A stretch of DNA of 53,008 nt, the filler included, from Sphacelaria rigidula (lineage: Eukaryota): assembly GCA_964200075.2 (NCBI GenBank). It is 4 parts of 4 records of this genome, joined end to end, with 100 filler letters (N's around TTAATTAATTAA, not from the genome) between each part and the next. Parts side by side here need not be neighbours in the genome. Positions count along the whole stretch, not along the records: positions 26,556 to 39,732 come from CAXNAA020003090.1; positions 39,833 to 53,008 come from CAXNAA020003091.1; 2 more parts are not named here. One strand, given 5' to 3'. A program made the position numbers and the translations under genes. Of this stretch, positions 38,851-50,889 are shown piece after piece. Numbering within the stretch: position 1 is the stretch's first letter; each line of letters starts with the position of its first letter. The notes beneath the pieces are model-generated. The model worked only from the letters and a program-made list of their open reading frames with translations. It made no database searches and was not told the DNA's origin.

Positions 38851-39210
38851 TTAACCCTTTTGGGACCGACCCCCCACTAACACAGGGTTGACCCTGTGTT
38901 GGTGAAATAATAAAAAAACAAGTCTTCGAGCGACGTGCCCAACCACGGCGAGGCGAAATTTATCGACCAGACCCGAACGACCGGTGCCGGGGTTGTTGGC
39001 GAGTATGATGCCACTGTAAAGATCATGTGGGGACCCTATCCCTGGGTCAGATAAGCCTTCGCAGGTTTCCAAATGCAGGGCGGTCGGAGCTTGGTATATG
39101 ATGTGACTTGCACTCAGTATACATTTCCCGAGTTTTCCGGTGGGTTTTTTGGGTCTCAATTTCCTACTAAAACGTAGTAATTACACTAACACAGGGTCGA
39201 CCGAAAAACC
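38851..39210 (+). mobile_element. piggyBac-like transposon terminus
   Basis: TTAA-CCCTTTTGGGACCG. Subterminal palindrome AACACAGGGT-TG-ACCCTGTGTT, partly repeated at ~39186. Homolog at 5150-5387. Confidence 0.6.
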
Positions 39211-39732
39211 GGGAAGGAGTGTACATGATACCATGTGGTCATTTTCACCACGCCCTAAAACCAGGTGGGCTGTCGAAACACAAAAGGATCTACTGTCATG
39301 AGTTCTGCTTATCCCTCTGGCGATGATCTGCAGGGTGCAGCCGATATGTATGTAGTGGGCGGGGATGAAGAAGCGGTATAGAGGCAGTTGATCTCGGTAG
39401 CTGAGNNNNNNNNNNGAGAATTGCCCAGAACGTGCAAGGGAGTAAGCAGCGGCAGCTGCTGCTTCAGCCGGAGAGGCCTACTACAGTGTACTGTACCATA
39501 CTGTTGTATGTATGCGCGCCACAACGCTGATACCCTCCGAAGAAAAACTGCCGCACACAGCAAAGGGGGCAATGACGGCCCGCCCCGACCACAACGGGCT
39601 GTGTGGCAAGGTGATGGAGACAGACGTATGATCCAAAGCCACAGGTGGTGGGCGGCCCGCCGGTCGCTGCATCCTGTTGGAAGCTCTCAACCGCGACACA
39701 TCCTGCTTGCTACATCAGATGTACACCACCTA

Positions 39733-39832
39733 NNNNNNNNNNNNNNNNNNNNNNNNNNNNNNNNNNNNNNNNNNNNTTAATTAATTAANNNNNNNNNNNN
39801 NNNNNNNNNNNNNNNNNNNNNNNNNNNNNNNN
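39733..39832. other. Artificial contig spacer
   Basis: N44-TTAATTAATTAA-N44. Confidence 0.97.
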
Positions 39833-42044
39833 CAAGCAACAAATGAGTACGCCCCTCCCCCGTCCCTACCTTCAGACCACGGAAAGCGTATACTACATTT
39901 GTGCTCTTGTTTGTGTTCGTGTATTGTATGTGTATGTCTTTCTTGTCGTTATTTTGTTGTTTTTGCTTTTGTTGTCTGTTGTTGTTGTTTTTTTGTTGTT
40001 GTTAATGTTGTTATCGCTGCCCCCTTTCTTTCCTTTCTGAGGCCGTTGCTTCTGTCTTTTTCTGTTCCGTTCTTTCTTTTTTCTTTATATTATTCTGGTC
40101 TATTTTTGCTGCTCCTGACCACGGGCTGGATTGTTGCAAGCAGCTAATGTGAGATAATCAGTCGGTCAATCATCAATCATTCACCAGCACAATTATTTCA
40201 TTTCCTTACTCCTTCCGAAGGGGAGGTCCTCGTAGCCGGGGGTCGCGCTTTATCGCCGGTCACCTCTCACCCAACAATGTAGCCGCCTCGTGCACGTCTC
40301 AATCTCGAAGACTGCGCATGGGTCGGGCAGACAGTTGGGATTCGATGCCTGGCGTGAAAGTGCAGTCTTGAGGGCAACATGGAAAGTGGGACACTAGCCG
40401 GAAAATATCAGTCTCCATATCTGTCACATCGTATTTTTATTCCACAGACCGATATATTTCCTCTGCCCCACAAGTCTGGGAACTTGTGTTTTTTGTGCGA
40501 CCCCTTAATCGTGTCAGATTTGATGTTCGTTTTTTTGTTGTCGAATTTTTGGCTGTTTATTTAGTCAAAATTCTGTGTGTTTGTTCTTCAGCTGGTACTT
40601 GAACCATGCGACCGAACGGCCGAAAAAAATTAGTCGGCGCATCAATGGCCGTATTTCGCCCCTTTGGTCATCGAGCCCTTGGGCACCCTCAACTCGCCCG
40701 GCGGAATAGCCGCAATGTCCACCGCAATTGTAATGCGGCGGCCCAATGATAGCTCGCCGTCCTTACAGCGGGGTGGAGGGGCATTTGGGGGCACGTCCAT
40801 CGTTTGTGTCGTCTGTGGGCCAAGTTTGGCGCGGTAAACACGAATTCTCATGAAAATTCTGAAGAATATGCCAAACTGGGTACATTCTGACATCATTTTA
40901 GTATTGATAACTGACTTCTTTTTGTTTTCATCAGCTTCCTTTGCGCTTTATCTTTCTAACGAATCCAACTATAGGATGATCGTCAACTTTGGAATACTCA
41001 AACGATGAAACTCCCATAAGTTTCCAGACTTATGGGACAGGGGAAGTAAATCATCAAGCATCTACATGTTCTAGAACCCATCCTTGAATAGGACACTCCG
41101 CAGATCCCGCGTTTTCACAGACAAGCAAATTCAAATCATATCGTACCGCACTTTCTCGCACAGGCCTGAGACATCAGTCACTTTCCCACCTCATGATCAA
41201 AACTCAGCAATCATCGTTTTATTGTGCCCTGTCGCTGTACTGTTGGAGGTGCTAATCGGGCCCCAAAGTTGAGTGGGCTAATCGACGACACCATTCCGAC
41301 CATAGTCAACCTATCTAATTTTCCTTCTTCCTGGGATGCTCAACCTCCGTACAGTTGATTTCGTCTTCTACCCTTTTAATGGATGAGTCGTGCGTTCAGT
41401 CGGCGCCCTCCCTATTCAGATGCTACGTGCACCTGCACACGGTTGACACGGTGCCCGCAGAGCTGGCTTTCTTGTAGGGCTTTCAAAACGTACCCTCAAA
41501 ACCTGAAAAAGTCATTTTCCCGGTTATTCTACTGATCGCGGAACGATCCCTGAAACGGCCACAGCAGCATTCTGCTTCCGGGTGTGAAGCACACCACGCA
41601 AAAATCAGCGCTCGAATTGCCAACATCGCCGAGGAGAGCCGGGCTGGCAAATTCGGCCCCTCGCAAGAGTCTCTCGACCAACCCACCGTCCTCAACAAAA
41701 GGAAATGAAAAATAGACACAGACGGAGGGGACTGGGGGAGAAACCTCGGAGTAAAGGTCTGAATCAGACTAATTTTGGTTCGGTGCGTGCGTGTGTCCAT
41801 ACAACTGCACTCCCACAAATTATGTCGAGAAAAGCGCTGCCGCTTGTATACCCAGCCGTATAGGGCACCTAAGGTAAAAAGCGTGGCGTGTACTGGAACA
41901 GACAGCATCATGGTGGCTGTAATATGCTGTTCTCTCTGTCAGTTGTGCTGAGTCTACCGATATCGCCATGTGCGCCGTACCGTTTCTACAGCATCAGTCC
42001 GCTGTGACGTGAGCTTCGTTTCCCAAGAAAAACACGGGCAAGCG

Positions 42045-43015
42045 TCACTCACCCCGGGGTGGGTCATATGTAATATTGGCATACTTTTTATTTGAAAAAT
42101 GATTGCGAAACCCAGATGCCCCACCCTGGCGGTCGGAGGGTTCAACTTCAGGGCTGGTTGCAAGAAGAGTTAACGCTTTCCAGAGATTTCTTGTACTCTG
42201 ATCGTTGGTGATATCCATAAACAAAGGGAAGGGACGCAGCGAGGGGGAGAGAGAAGACAACGCCCTACTATATTTTACAGCATTGTACCGCATTTTACCG
42301 CGTTGTGCTTTTGTCTGAACTGTGCATTTTAGTTCGGCTTTGTCAATCGATGCAGACAAGTGAGTCACCCTCGGAGTGGGTCATCCGTTGCATGGCGTAA
42401 CTTCAACTTGAAAAATGAAAACAAGACCCATATGGCCCACCCGGGCGATCAGAGGGGCAATTTTAGAGGTTGAGGCAGTAAGAGGTCACGCCCTCCAAAG
42501 GTTTGGTCTAATCTGATCCCTAGTGATCCCCATAGACACAGGGGAGGAATGCAGCGAGAGGGAGAGAGAACACAACGCTGTACTGTACTGGACTGCGGTG
42601 TGCTGCATTGTACTGTAATACTGTACTGTGCGTGGTAGTTCGACCTTATCTCTATATCTAGACAAAAGTTACCCCCAGGGTGGCTCATCTGTGTTGCATT
42701 AACATAATGCTCACGTGAAAAATGAATGCAAGACCCAGATGACCCACCGTGGCGGTCCAAGGATTCAATTTTAGAGCTAGCAGCAGTGGGAGGTGGCGCC
42801 CTCCAAGGGTTTGGTGTAGTCTGATCCTTGATGATACCCAAGGACAAAGGGAAGGGACGCAGCGGGGGGGGGGGGAAGACAACATCGTACTATACTTCAC
42901 AGCATGGTACTGCATTTCACTACTGTACTGTGCGTTTTAGTTCGGCTTTGTCTTCCTATACAGCCACATCTAGGGTGCGTCATCTGCGTTGATCGGCATT
43001 TTTTTTACTTGATAT
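42045..43015. repeat. Diverged tandem array of ~300-315-bp units (3 full + 1 partial)
   Basis: Units start at ~42045, 42362, 42668 and 42963. Shared blocks include GGGTGGGTCAT, CCCAGATG.CCCACC, AAAGGGAAGGGACGCAGCG and TTTTAGTTCGGCTTTGTC. Confidence 0.85.
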
Positions 43016-46000
43016 ATGGATGAACAGGCAGTACAGCCGTAAGCAATGTAGCAGGCCAGTGCGTGTGTGATGTGCGCAAAAGGCCTTCTGCGGTTCACTT
43101 CCGACCGACCGGACGGGTCCTTCACATCTTACTGGCTTGCCCGATTTTGCCACTATCAACTAGAAGGGAGAGCTTTGCCGCTGAGAAGCGAAGCTTGAGT
43201 GAGAGTGTTGCAGCCACGCAAGCCACACACGGGGCCGCAGATTCACGCATATCCTCGACACGCCTATCGCGGTGGTAAATCCCGCTTTCGTGTAGCTGTC
43301 GAACAAATCAAACGAATTACGCCGCTATCGTACCGTATCGAGGGTTCTACTGATTGGCCTGTTCACACGGACAGGAACCAAGTCTTGCATGACCATATTC
43401 GACCATACAACCCTCTCACAGGACCATCCTTGAACCGGACGTCAAAAGTGAATACCTCACGTGACCATCTTCAAACCGGTCAAACGTTTCACATGGCCAT
43501 CTTTGAACGGGGAAAACATACGCACAATTCCGCTGGATCATGTGTACAGTGGGGGATGATGTGTTAACTTCTGGCCACGTGTACAACAACCCGAACCGGA
43601 ACATCATTTTCCACGGAACGCAACATATTGATGCTCAACCGTATCAAAATTAGCGAAACGGTACTTTTTTCTACCGAAACGGCACGTATTGCATCGAAAA
43701 GTGCTTCTGGCATGGCGACCCGGTTCGGCGGATTCATCCTAGCCGGTACGAAAGTACCCGTAATCGGCTCTACCGGAAAAAGTACACATGACCATCTTTG
43801 AACCGACTCAGGAACAGAAACATGGGGAAAGCGACATGTGTAGCGCCTGTCATGCGAAAAACCTTGATTTTAACAAGTAATGGACGCTGGATGACTATTT
43901 ACTAAGGTACAACTGCTGTGTGAAAGTCAGTTGTACGGTTTGCTTGTTGGAGAGTGAAAAAAAAGGAAAGGAAATGAAAAATCGGCCAGGCATTATAGCT
44001 GTAATTGTCCGGTTGTCACTGTCTTCGCCCTCGTCAAAAGGTTGCAGATGCCAAGGGTGCTGTGAATGGCTGCTGGGTGTACGTCTGTAGATATGCACGC
44101 AGTACGTGATTGTTTTTTTGCAGTTTTTCGAATGCTTTCCTTTGGCATTATAACCTGCTGGATTGATGTACAACTTGACATTTTCCCCGTGCCTTATAAA
44201 GTGCCGCCTTTGTGACTTGCGATGTTTAGAGGCTGCTTTGAGGCCGTGATTTATCAAGATGCTCTGGAATACTGCATCATTGTCTCGACGTGAATGATGT
44301 GAATGTATCGGTGCTAATCACAAGTTGCGCAACACTGAAAGTTTTAGCCAAGAGATTCAGGGGCACTGCAACCTATTGCTGGGTAAAGGAGGAGGATACG
44401 AGTTTTTTTGCAATAATTATCATTCTCCCGTGTGTGGTGAAATTGTGGTAGGTGCATGACTGTGTGTATGACACTCCTGGCGCTTTTGTCACTAACGTCT
44501 TGTTGCGATCACGTGCCGTTGATCGTGGCTTCTACACGAGGGATGAAATACGTTTGTCTGACAACGATATTTTTATGGATGTGTATCGGTACCGATATAT
44601 CGGGCCGATGCGTTGTATCGTATCGACTCGGTACGAGTAATCAAGACCGATATATCGGCCGTTTGCCGTTGCCGGCTGACTGATGCCGAGATAGCCACCC
44701 CCACAAAAAGTGCATCGGAGACCGTCCGACAAACCGGCTGCGATCCCACTATTGGGCTCGTTTGCAGCAATTTCGCTCACATGAGAGGGGTGTAGCAGTC
44801 CGAAATCAGCTATAACGCTCAAATGAGTCGCGTCGTGCAGCACGAAACCAGCCCCAACGGCATTTATGATCATCACCTTCGTCCACGTTTTTGACCGGTT
44901 CGTGGGGGGGCTATTTCGGCAGCATTCGGCTGCAAGTACGATATGTAGGTCAAGCATTCCATGGATAGTGATCAATATATAGGGTGTACGCACTTGTAGC
45001 CGGTAAGTACCTATAGTCGAGAAGTGCTTATTCCGATGGATTATGGCCGATATATGGTGTGATAGTAGTGCATGTTCGAGTACGGTACGACAGGTTATCA
45101 TTCATCGTCAACAATGTCTGCGGCTCTATCATGATGAGGGTCTGACGACTCAGATGACTCATGCTACGGCGACGTACAGACAACCGACTCTGTCGGTCCT
45201 AACACCCCGAAGCTGTGGACTACAGAAGACTTCAAGTTTTACTGTTTTGTTTGATGATCTTGTATAGAAAACGTTCCAAGGTTTTCACCGATGTCTTGAA
45301 CGTCGCGGTCCAGACGTGTGTGTGTGCCACATTTTGGTGTGTCTGCAAAAGCCATCAGCATTGAATTCGCTGTGGGGACTTCGCTGTGGGTTTCGCGTCG
45401 CATGCATATTTTTTTTCACTGCTCGACGAAGGAGGGGCTGTACCGTATCTAACAAAACAGAGGAACCGCCCCGAATCGCGCGTAGATTCACTATTCCGCG
45501 GGACGCTCATCATTGCCGAAGCCTCACTAATATTTTCTTGTGTGGAATATCGGCGTGTCTTCATTCCCATATTGCTTGCTGGTCGTTTTTTTTTTTCACA
45601 TATGAATTGTTTTCGCCTTGTTTTTCTCCACTACTCAAAACGTTCGGTGTGATTGCTGTACCAGTTTGATCTAAAAAAAAGTGAAGCCAACTCGCGTATT
45701 TTCCCTCCTCTGGGGGCATTCCAGAGAACCCCCCTCACTAGCCCGGGGAGATTGGCTCGGGCTTCGCCCTTACCTGGCACCTGAAGGTGCAGCCACCGAA
45801 ACTTCCGCAATATACAGTTTAGAGAATCGTTAAATCGCACCGATACACAGCCGTAGATATCACCTCTGTAGGAATTGTCCCGCAACCACAAACAATTCCC
45901 CCAAAAGCTGACCAAGTAGGGGGCCGGGCAGGAAAGGGGACAGCACGGTTTCCCAACAACGTATTTGTTGCTACAATGTAACCGGGCAAACGAGTGAGTC

Positions 46001-46636
46001 TCTCTCAATGCTCAAGTAATGCTGCAGTTGGTCTACACAGGTCGTAGTGCGTGCAATCATGAACCGGCGCAGGCCGTTTTGTGAGCCTGAAAACGATGCT
46101 TCTTTTTCCCCAGCCCGCACCTCCATCCCTTCATCATGGCGGCTTCTGTAGCAAGACCTAAATGCCGGCGAGGCATTGTGTGTGTGTTGATCCCCGTTGA
46201 TCTTGGCTTCAGGCTTGCTACTCGTTCAGTGGGTCGTAGGTAAAGACTCAAGTCTTTAGACTATAAGAAATAGCGTGGATTGCAGGTGGTCTCTCGGCTG
46301 CTTCTGCCGACGGAGCTGCTTGATGAGCCACGGTGGCCACAACGGTTCAGCTCCCGATGATGATTTGGCAGGCTGGGGTGCCCCGATCTCAACGAGGTTT
46401 GAAAGGAGTTAGGAGGGTTTGGGAGGAGGGAGTCATTCCCAGTGAACGCTATGACGGTAATATGATGAAGAGTAGTTTTATGCAGTCGAGTGGCGCATAG
46501 CATTCGCTGTACCCCCCCGCCCGCGCGCATGCGCCTCCACCTAGCTATGAATTTACAGCTGCATGGATCTTGGTATCTTTTGTCGATGTTACAGACCCCT
46601 TTGTTTGACCCCATATTTCTTCGTGTCTGCAAACAG

Positions 46637-49600
46637 AGGGACGGACAATTCGATGGCATCGTGATCGGAGAAGATGTAACGGTTGAGAGCTTGCAGCAGT
46701 CTCTCGAAGGGCGTCAGATCGTGGATCTCAAGCGGCGCGGCAAGCAGATGTGGATGGTATTTGATCAGTGAGTGCGGTTTTGGCGAGTGGGTACGCGTGC
46801 CGGAAGTACGCTGTCACGAGGCACAGCCGACATCGTTGAATACGCCCAAGCCTAACGGCGCATGGCTATGTTTGCCAAATAGGAAAATCTTCAAGAATAA
46901 GAGTAGTGAAATCCACAACTTGCATACAATCTACGTTGGTGCGCTACGGATTGCAGGGACAAGTCGTTCCCCGCGGGGCCATGGCTACTGCTTGGGAAGC
47001 CGATTCTGCCGCAAACTCGGTACCCTACACGATGATCCTTTACGGGTGCGCTTCAGGCGCTCGACAGCGCTCGAACCCTGCAACAGGGGAGAAATTTTGT
47101 GCTGCTTGTCCGCACTTTTTGCGCTGGCGCCCCACCAAAACTTGTGAAAAACACACGTACCGCTCCTTGTCCGCTGCTTTCGCCGCAACCAATAACTACC
47201 CGTGTGTACGACTCATAGGCCCCCTCACGCCCTGTTTCACTTCGGAATGACGGGATCCTTTACCGTAAAGGGCGAAAAGAGGCATAAGTTCGTCAAGTTT
47301 AAGGTTGGAGAGGAGTGGCCTCCGAGGTTTACCAAGCTCGAACTACAGGTGCGTTCGCTGACCATGCATGCTCAAGGGTACAATGCAGTGGGAGTTGAAG
47401 AAGTATGTTTCAAGCACACCGAGGTGGCATTCCCGGGATGTTCTGTGTCATTTGCCCTTGAGAGCTTAGCATCAAGCTCTCCACCTTTTAGACTGTATTG
47501 CCGTAAAAGACAGCCACCTTGTGACGTGGCTGAATTGCTTTTATTTTAGTCGCACTTCGATTTCTTGTTCCCGCCGGGGGGGAGTTGTTGGTTAATGTTT
47601 CTGAAACAGGGTTCAAATTTGTATGCGTCTCGAAGCCTTTTGCGTGAAATGCCAAAACATGATTCAACAAAACCCCGAGACGTTTCAGTCGCAAGATTGA
47701 TTACCCTCGTTCAACCCTCCAATCCCGAACACAACACAGATGTCGAACGGCGCGTGCTTAGCCCTCACAGACCCACGGCGATTGGCGAGGGTGCTACTGC
47801 GCACAGAACCCGAGGCCCAACCGCCGATCAGCCTACTAGGTGCAGACCCTATCACACATCCGTTGACTTTGGAGGAGTTTAGCACCGCTCTTTCGAAGCC
47901 CAAGGCACCAATTAAGGCGGTCCTGTTGGATCAGGTGCGGTTGTGATCAGCTTTCGTTTGTCCAGGTTCCGCCTTAAAATTGTCGATGCATAGGGTCCCA
48001 TGAGTCGCACACCTCGAACGCCTTGGATCGGGCAGTTTGAGCTGTAAATTTCCCCTTGCGTCTTGTTGCTGTTTTATATGTGTCCCACCTCGTAAACGTG
48101 TACTGTCTGCTTTAGCGGGTCTCTAGATAGATGCCTGTCGCAACAACGCCTCCATGCTGTCACGCTTGCTATAGGATTTTGCACCCAAACTGCTGTACCG
48201 CCCCCGTTGTGTACGCTGTAAATGAACAGAATCGCGTAGTGTCCGGCGTGGGGAACTGGGTCGCAGACGAGGTGTGTTTTCAAGCGTGTATACACCCTGG
48301 GGCTGCCTGCAACACGCTTTCCCCGAGTCAGGTGAGTCAGTCATGGTGCTCTCTGAGTACATTGTACACTACCAACACTTTCTATTTAGTCCTTTCCCGT
48401 TGTCCATGCTTCGGTAGCAGTTTCTCTGTTTTGGTCAGTTCCAGTCGAGTCGATTAATCGGCTGATTGAGCCCATGGTATATTAGTATGCACAACTTTGA
48501 GCATTCCTGCCCCGTGTACGCCGAGTATCACGAACATTTCGAGTCACCTTCCTCGCAGTCCTTGTGCGCAAATTTTGGATAAATAACTGTGTGCATCGAC
48601 CGGCTGACGTGCCTCCGCCACAACTATGCGCTGTGTTGCTTCTGCCTCGTGGCTCCCTGGTTCCAGGTGACTGCTCTTCACTCGAAGCTTTTGTCGATAT
48701 GTCGTGAGGCCTGCGATGCGAGGGCGGACTATACGGTTTTCCCAAAAGATTGGTTATTCCATCATAGGTACGTTGGCTCCCGCAGCTGTGTATTCATTCA
48801 GCACCATGAAGCATGGAACAGTGATGAAAATAGTTGGGTGTGAAGGCGTCCAGGACAGTATCTTTGCCTCACTAGTTGTGAGTGGGTACCGTTCTTGGTT
48901 TTGACCACCTGGCTTCTTGTGTGTCTACTCTGGAATGTGCTCCTCGTGAGGTTTTGTCGTCATCAAGCGACATGGTTGAATATCTTGCATCACCTTCCGA
49001 CAAGGATACTACCGCGTTTTCGCTGTTCGATCGATAGGTGGGGCAAGGGGAAGACTTCGGGGGGTGCTCCTCGCGTTTCTTCCGGCGATCCCATACACTT
49101 TGATGTTGTGGGCGGGCGTACAACGGCGTTCGTGCCGGCTGTTCAAAAGAAGGGACTGCTGCTTTCCAAGGATGTGAAGAAGAAAGCCGAAGTTGGAGAT
49201 GTCACCAAGGGCGAGCAAAAAGGCAAGGGTGCGGAGAAGGTTGATTTGAAAGAGGAGATGGGCGGCCCCGCTGCAGACAAGAAGAGAATAAGGGGGAAAG
49301 GTGGCGCCGGACAAAAGACGGGTAGGGTGAAGGACGAACCCGCTTCGGCTACCAAGCACGTGTCCGCCACGCGTCGTGTCACCAAGGACAAGGTCTCGAA
49401 GGGATCGACAGCGACTAACCAGAAACCGAAGGGAAAGGGTCGAGCCGAGACGCCAGGGACTTCCAAGACGAGCAGGGCTAGAGGTACCACAAGAGCAGTA
49501 GCTCCTGCTACAGCAGAAATGGAGACAATAAAACGCACGGCCTCGAAATCTAAACCTGCCACCGCCAAAAATGCAGAAAGTAAGGCTACGACGACAGCGA

Positions 49601-49908
49601 TGACCGCTCCCCGAAAGATCGCAAGAGGCAAACTAGCGCCCGCTACGAACGGTAAGGATGGTGGGCAGAGAGTCGCGGATTTAGCAAGGAAGGGTGGTGC
49701 TTGCGATGGGACGGGTAAACGGAAACGGGTCACCAAGGAGCAACAAAACGGCGCTGATGATGTCGATGGCAAGTACATATATCCGAAAGACACCGGTGTG
49801 AAGACTACGGATGTCGGCGCCGGGAAGCGAGCTAAAAGCAATGCTACGAGCGGTGCAGGTGCAAATCGCTCCACCGTAGTCAGGAGAAGCCCCAGGTTCT
49901 CCACCTAA
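46637..49908 (+). CDS. FPG: Formamidopyrimidine-DNA glycosylase (Fpg/MutM, plant/fungal zinc-less type); exons 46637-46767, 47219-47348, 47740-47934, 48230-48331, 48667-48767, 49038-49908; 5' exon(s) not found
   Basis: Motifs RRGKQMW, HFGMTG, WPPRFTK, DPRRLARV, IKAVLLDQ, H2TH SGVGNWVADE, WLFHHRW and VGGRTTAFVP. All introns are GT-AG with consistent phases (2,0,0,0,2). The catalytic N-terminal MPELPEVE is not visible in this contig. Confidence 0.93.
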
Positions 49909-50112
49909 TACGACGTGTTGCGCTGTCCGTTACTTCGGGCTTCGAATTGATTGTTTATCTACAACCTTTACGAGGTGAATAGTCCTGTAGTCGCGATTGA
50001 CTGTAAGTACCCAGTACGCGAAAAAGGACTAAAATCAGATCGGCTCTGTGAAAGGATAAATTACTGTACTACACTACCCTCGTTTTCGATCTGCAACCCG
50101 TCATAGGTGGTG

Positions 50113-50114
<2 letters not shown>

Positions 50115-50147
<33 letters not shown>
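50115..50147. repeat. (TA)n microsatellite
   Basis: Read directly. Confidence 0.95.
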
Positions 50148-50148
<1 letters not shown>

Positions 50149-50889
50149 GCCCCCTTTTGTTCTCGTAGAAAGTATTTCTCGAATGAAGATTGTGCTGAAT
50201 CAGGGTACGCGTTCATCACCGAGTAGAAGATGGCGTGATGACGAAGGGGAAGAAACGAGGGTTGTATGTGGGAAGCAAAGGATACTACACTACTGCGAGT
50301 TCGTTTCTTGGCGGAAAGGGTACTTTTTTACCTGGTGATGGCACTGTTTTTAGGCACTCACCTAGATCTCGTTTGTAGATATGTGCAACTAAATTCGTAC
50401 AACGAATCAATGTGCGCATGGTCGACCGTTACGGCACGAGTAAAGCGTCGTTTCTCGACGAAAACGAAGAGATCCTAAAAAACAAGTTCTGCTAGGTTCG
50501 CTGGGGCAAAACCAATTCGAACTCATGTTGAACCTAGAAATGTTTTTTTTCACGAACGAAAGTGTACCGCCACATTTTCTGTACGTACGCGTACGATATG
50601 TCAAGGTGCCACGATAATCACTGAGTCACTTCGTCAGCCCTGACTGAGTGGTTCAGTGACCATTGTTACGCTCGCACCAGAGGGCACGACGCCGATATCT
50701 CAGGTATCATCGGCAGCTACGGCAGCGCCTCCCATGAGGAAGAGTGCGCGTCCACGCGGCCACCACTTGGTAAGCATTACTGGTCACTAGAAGTCGATGT
50801 ATGAGACGATGCCTTCGATCGTGCGGAGTATGCGCTCATTAGAGGAGGGGTAAATTCAGCTTCCTGATCGTCTCGTCCAGGAATCACAT

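Noticed and set aside
49143..49904. 253-aa antisense ORF
   Set aside because: Shadow of the low-complexity Fpg tail. The plus-strand ORFs over the DIRS gag are likewise shadows.
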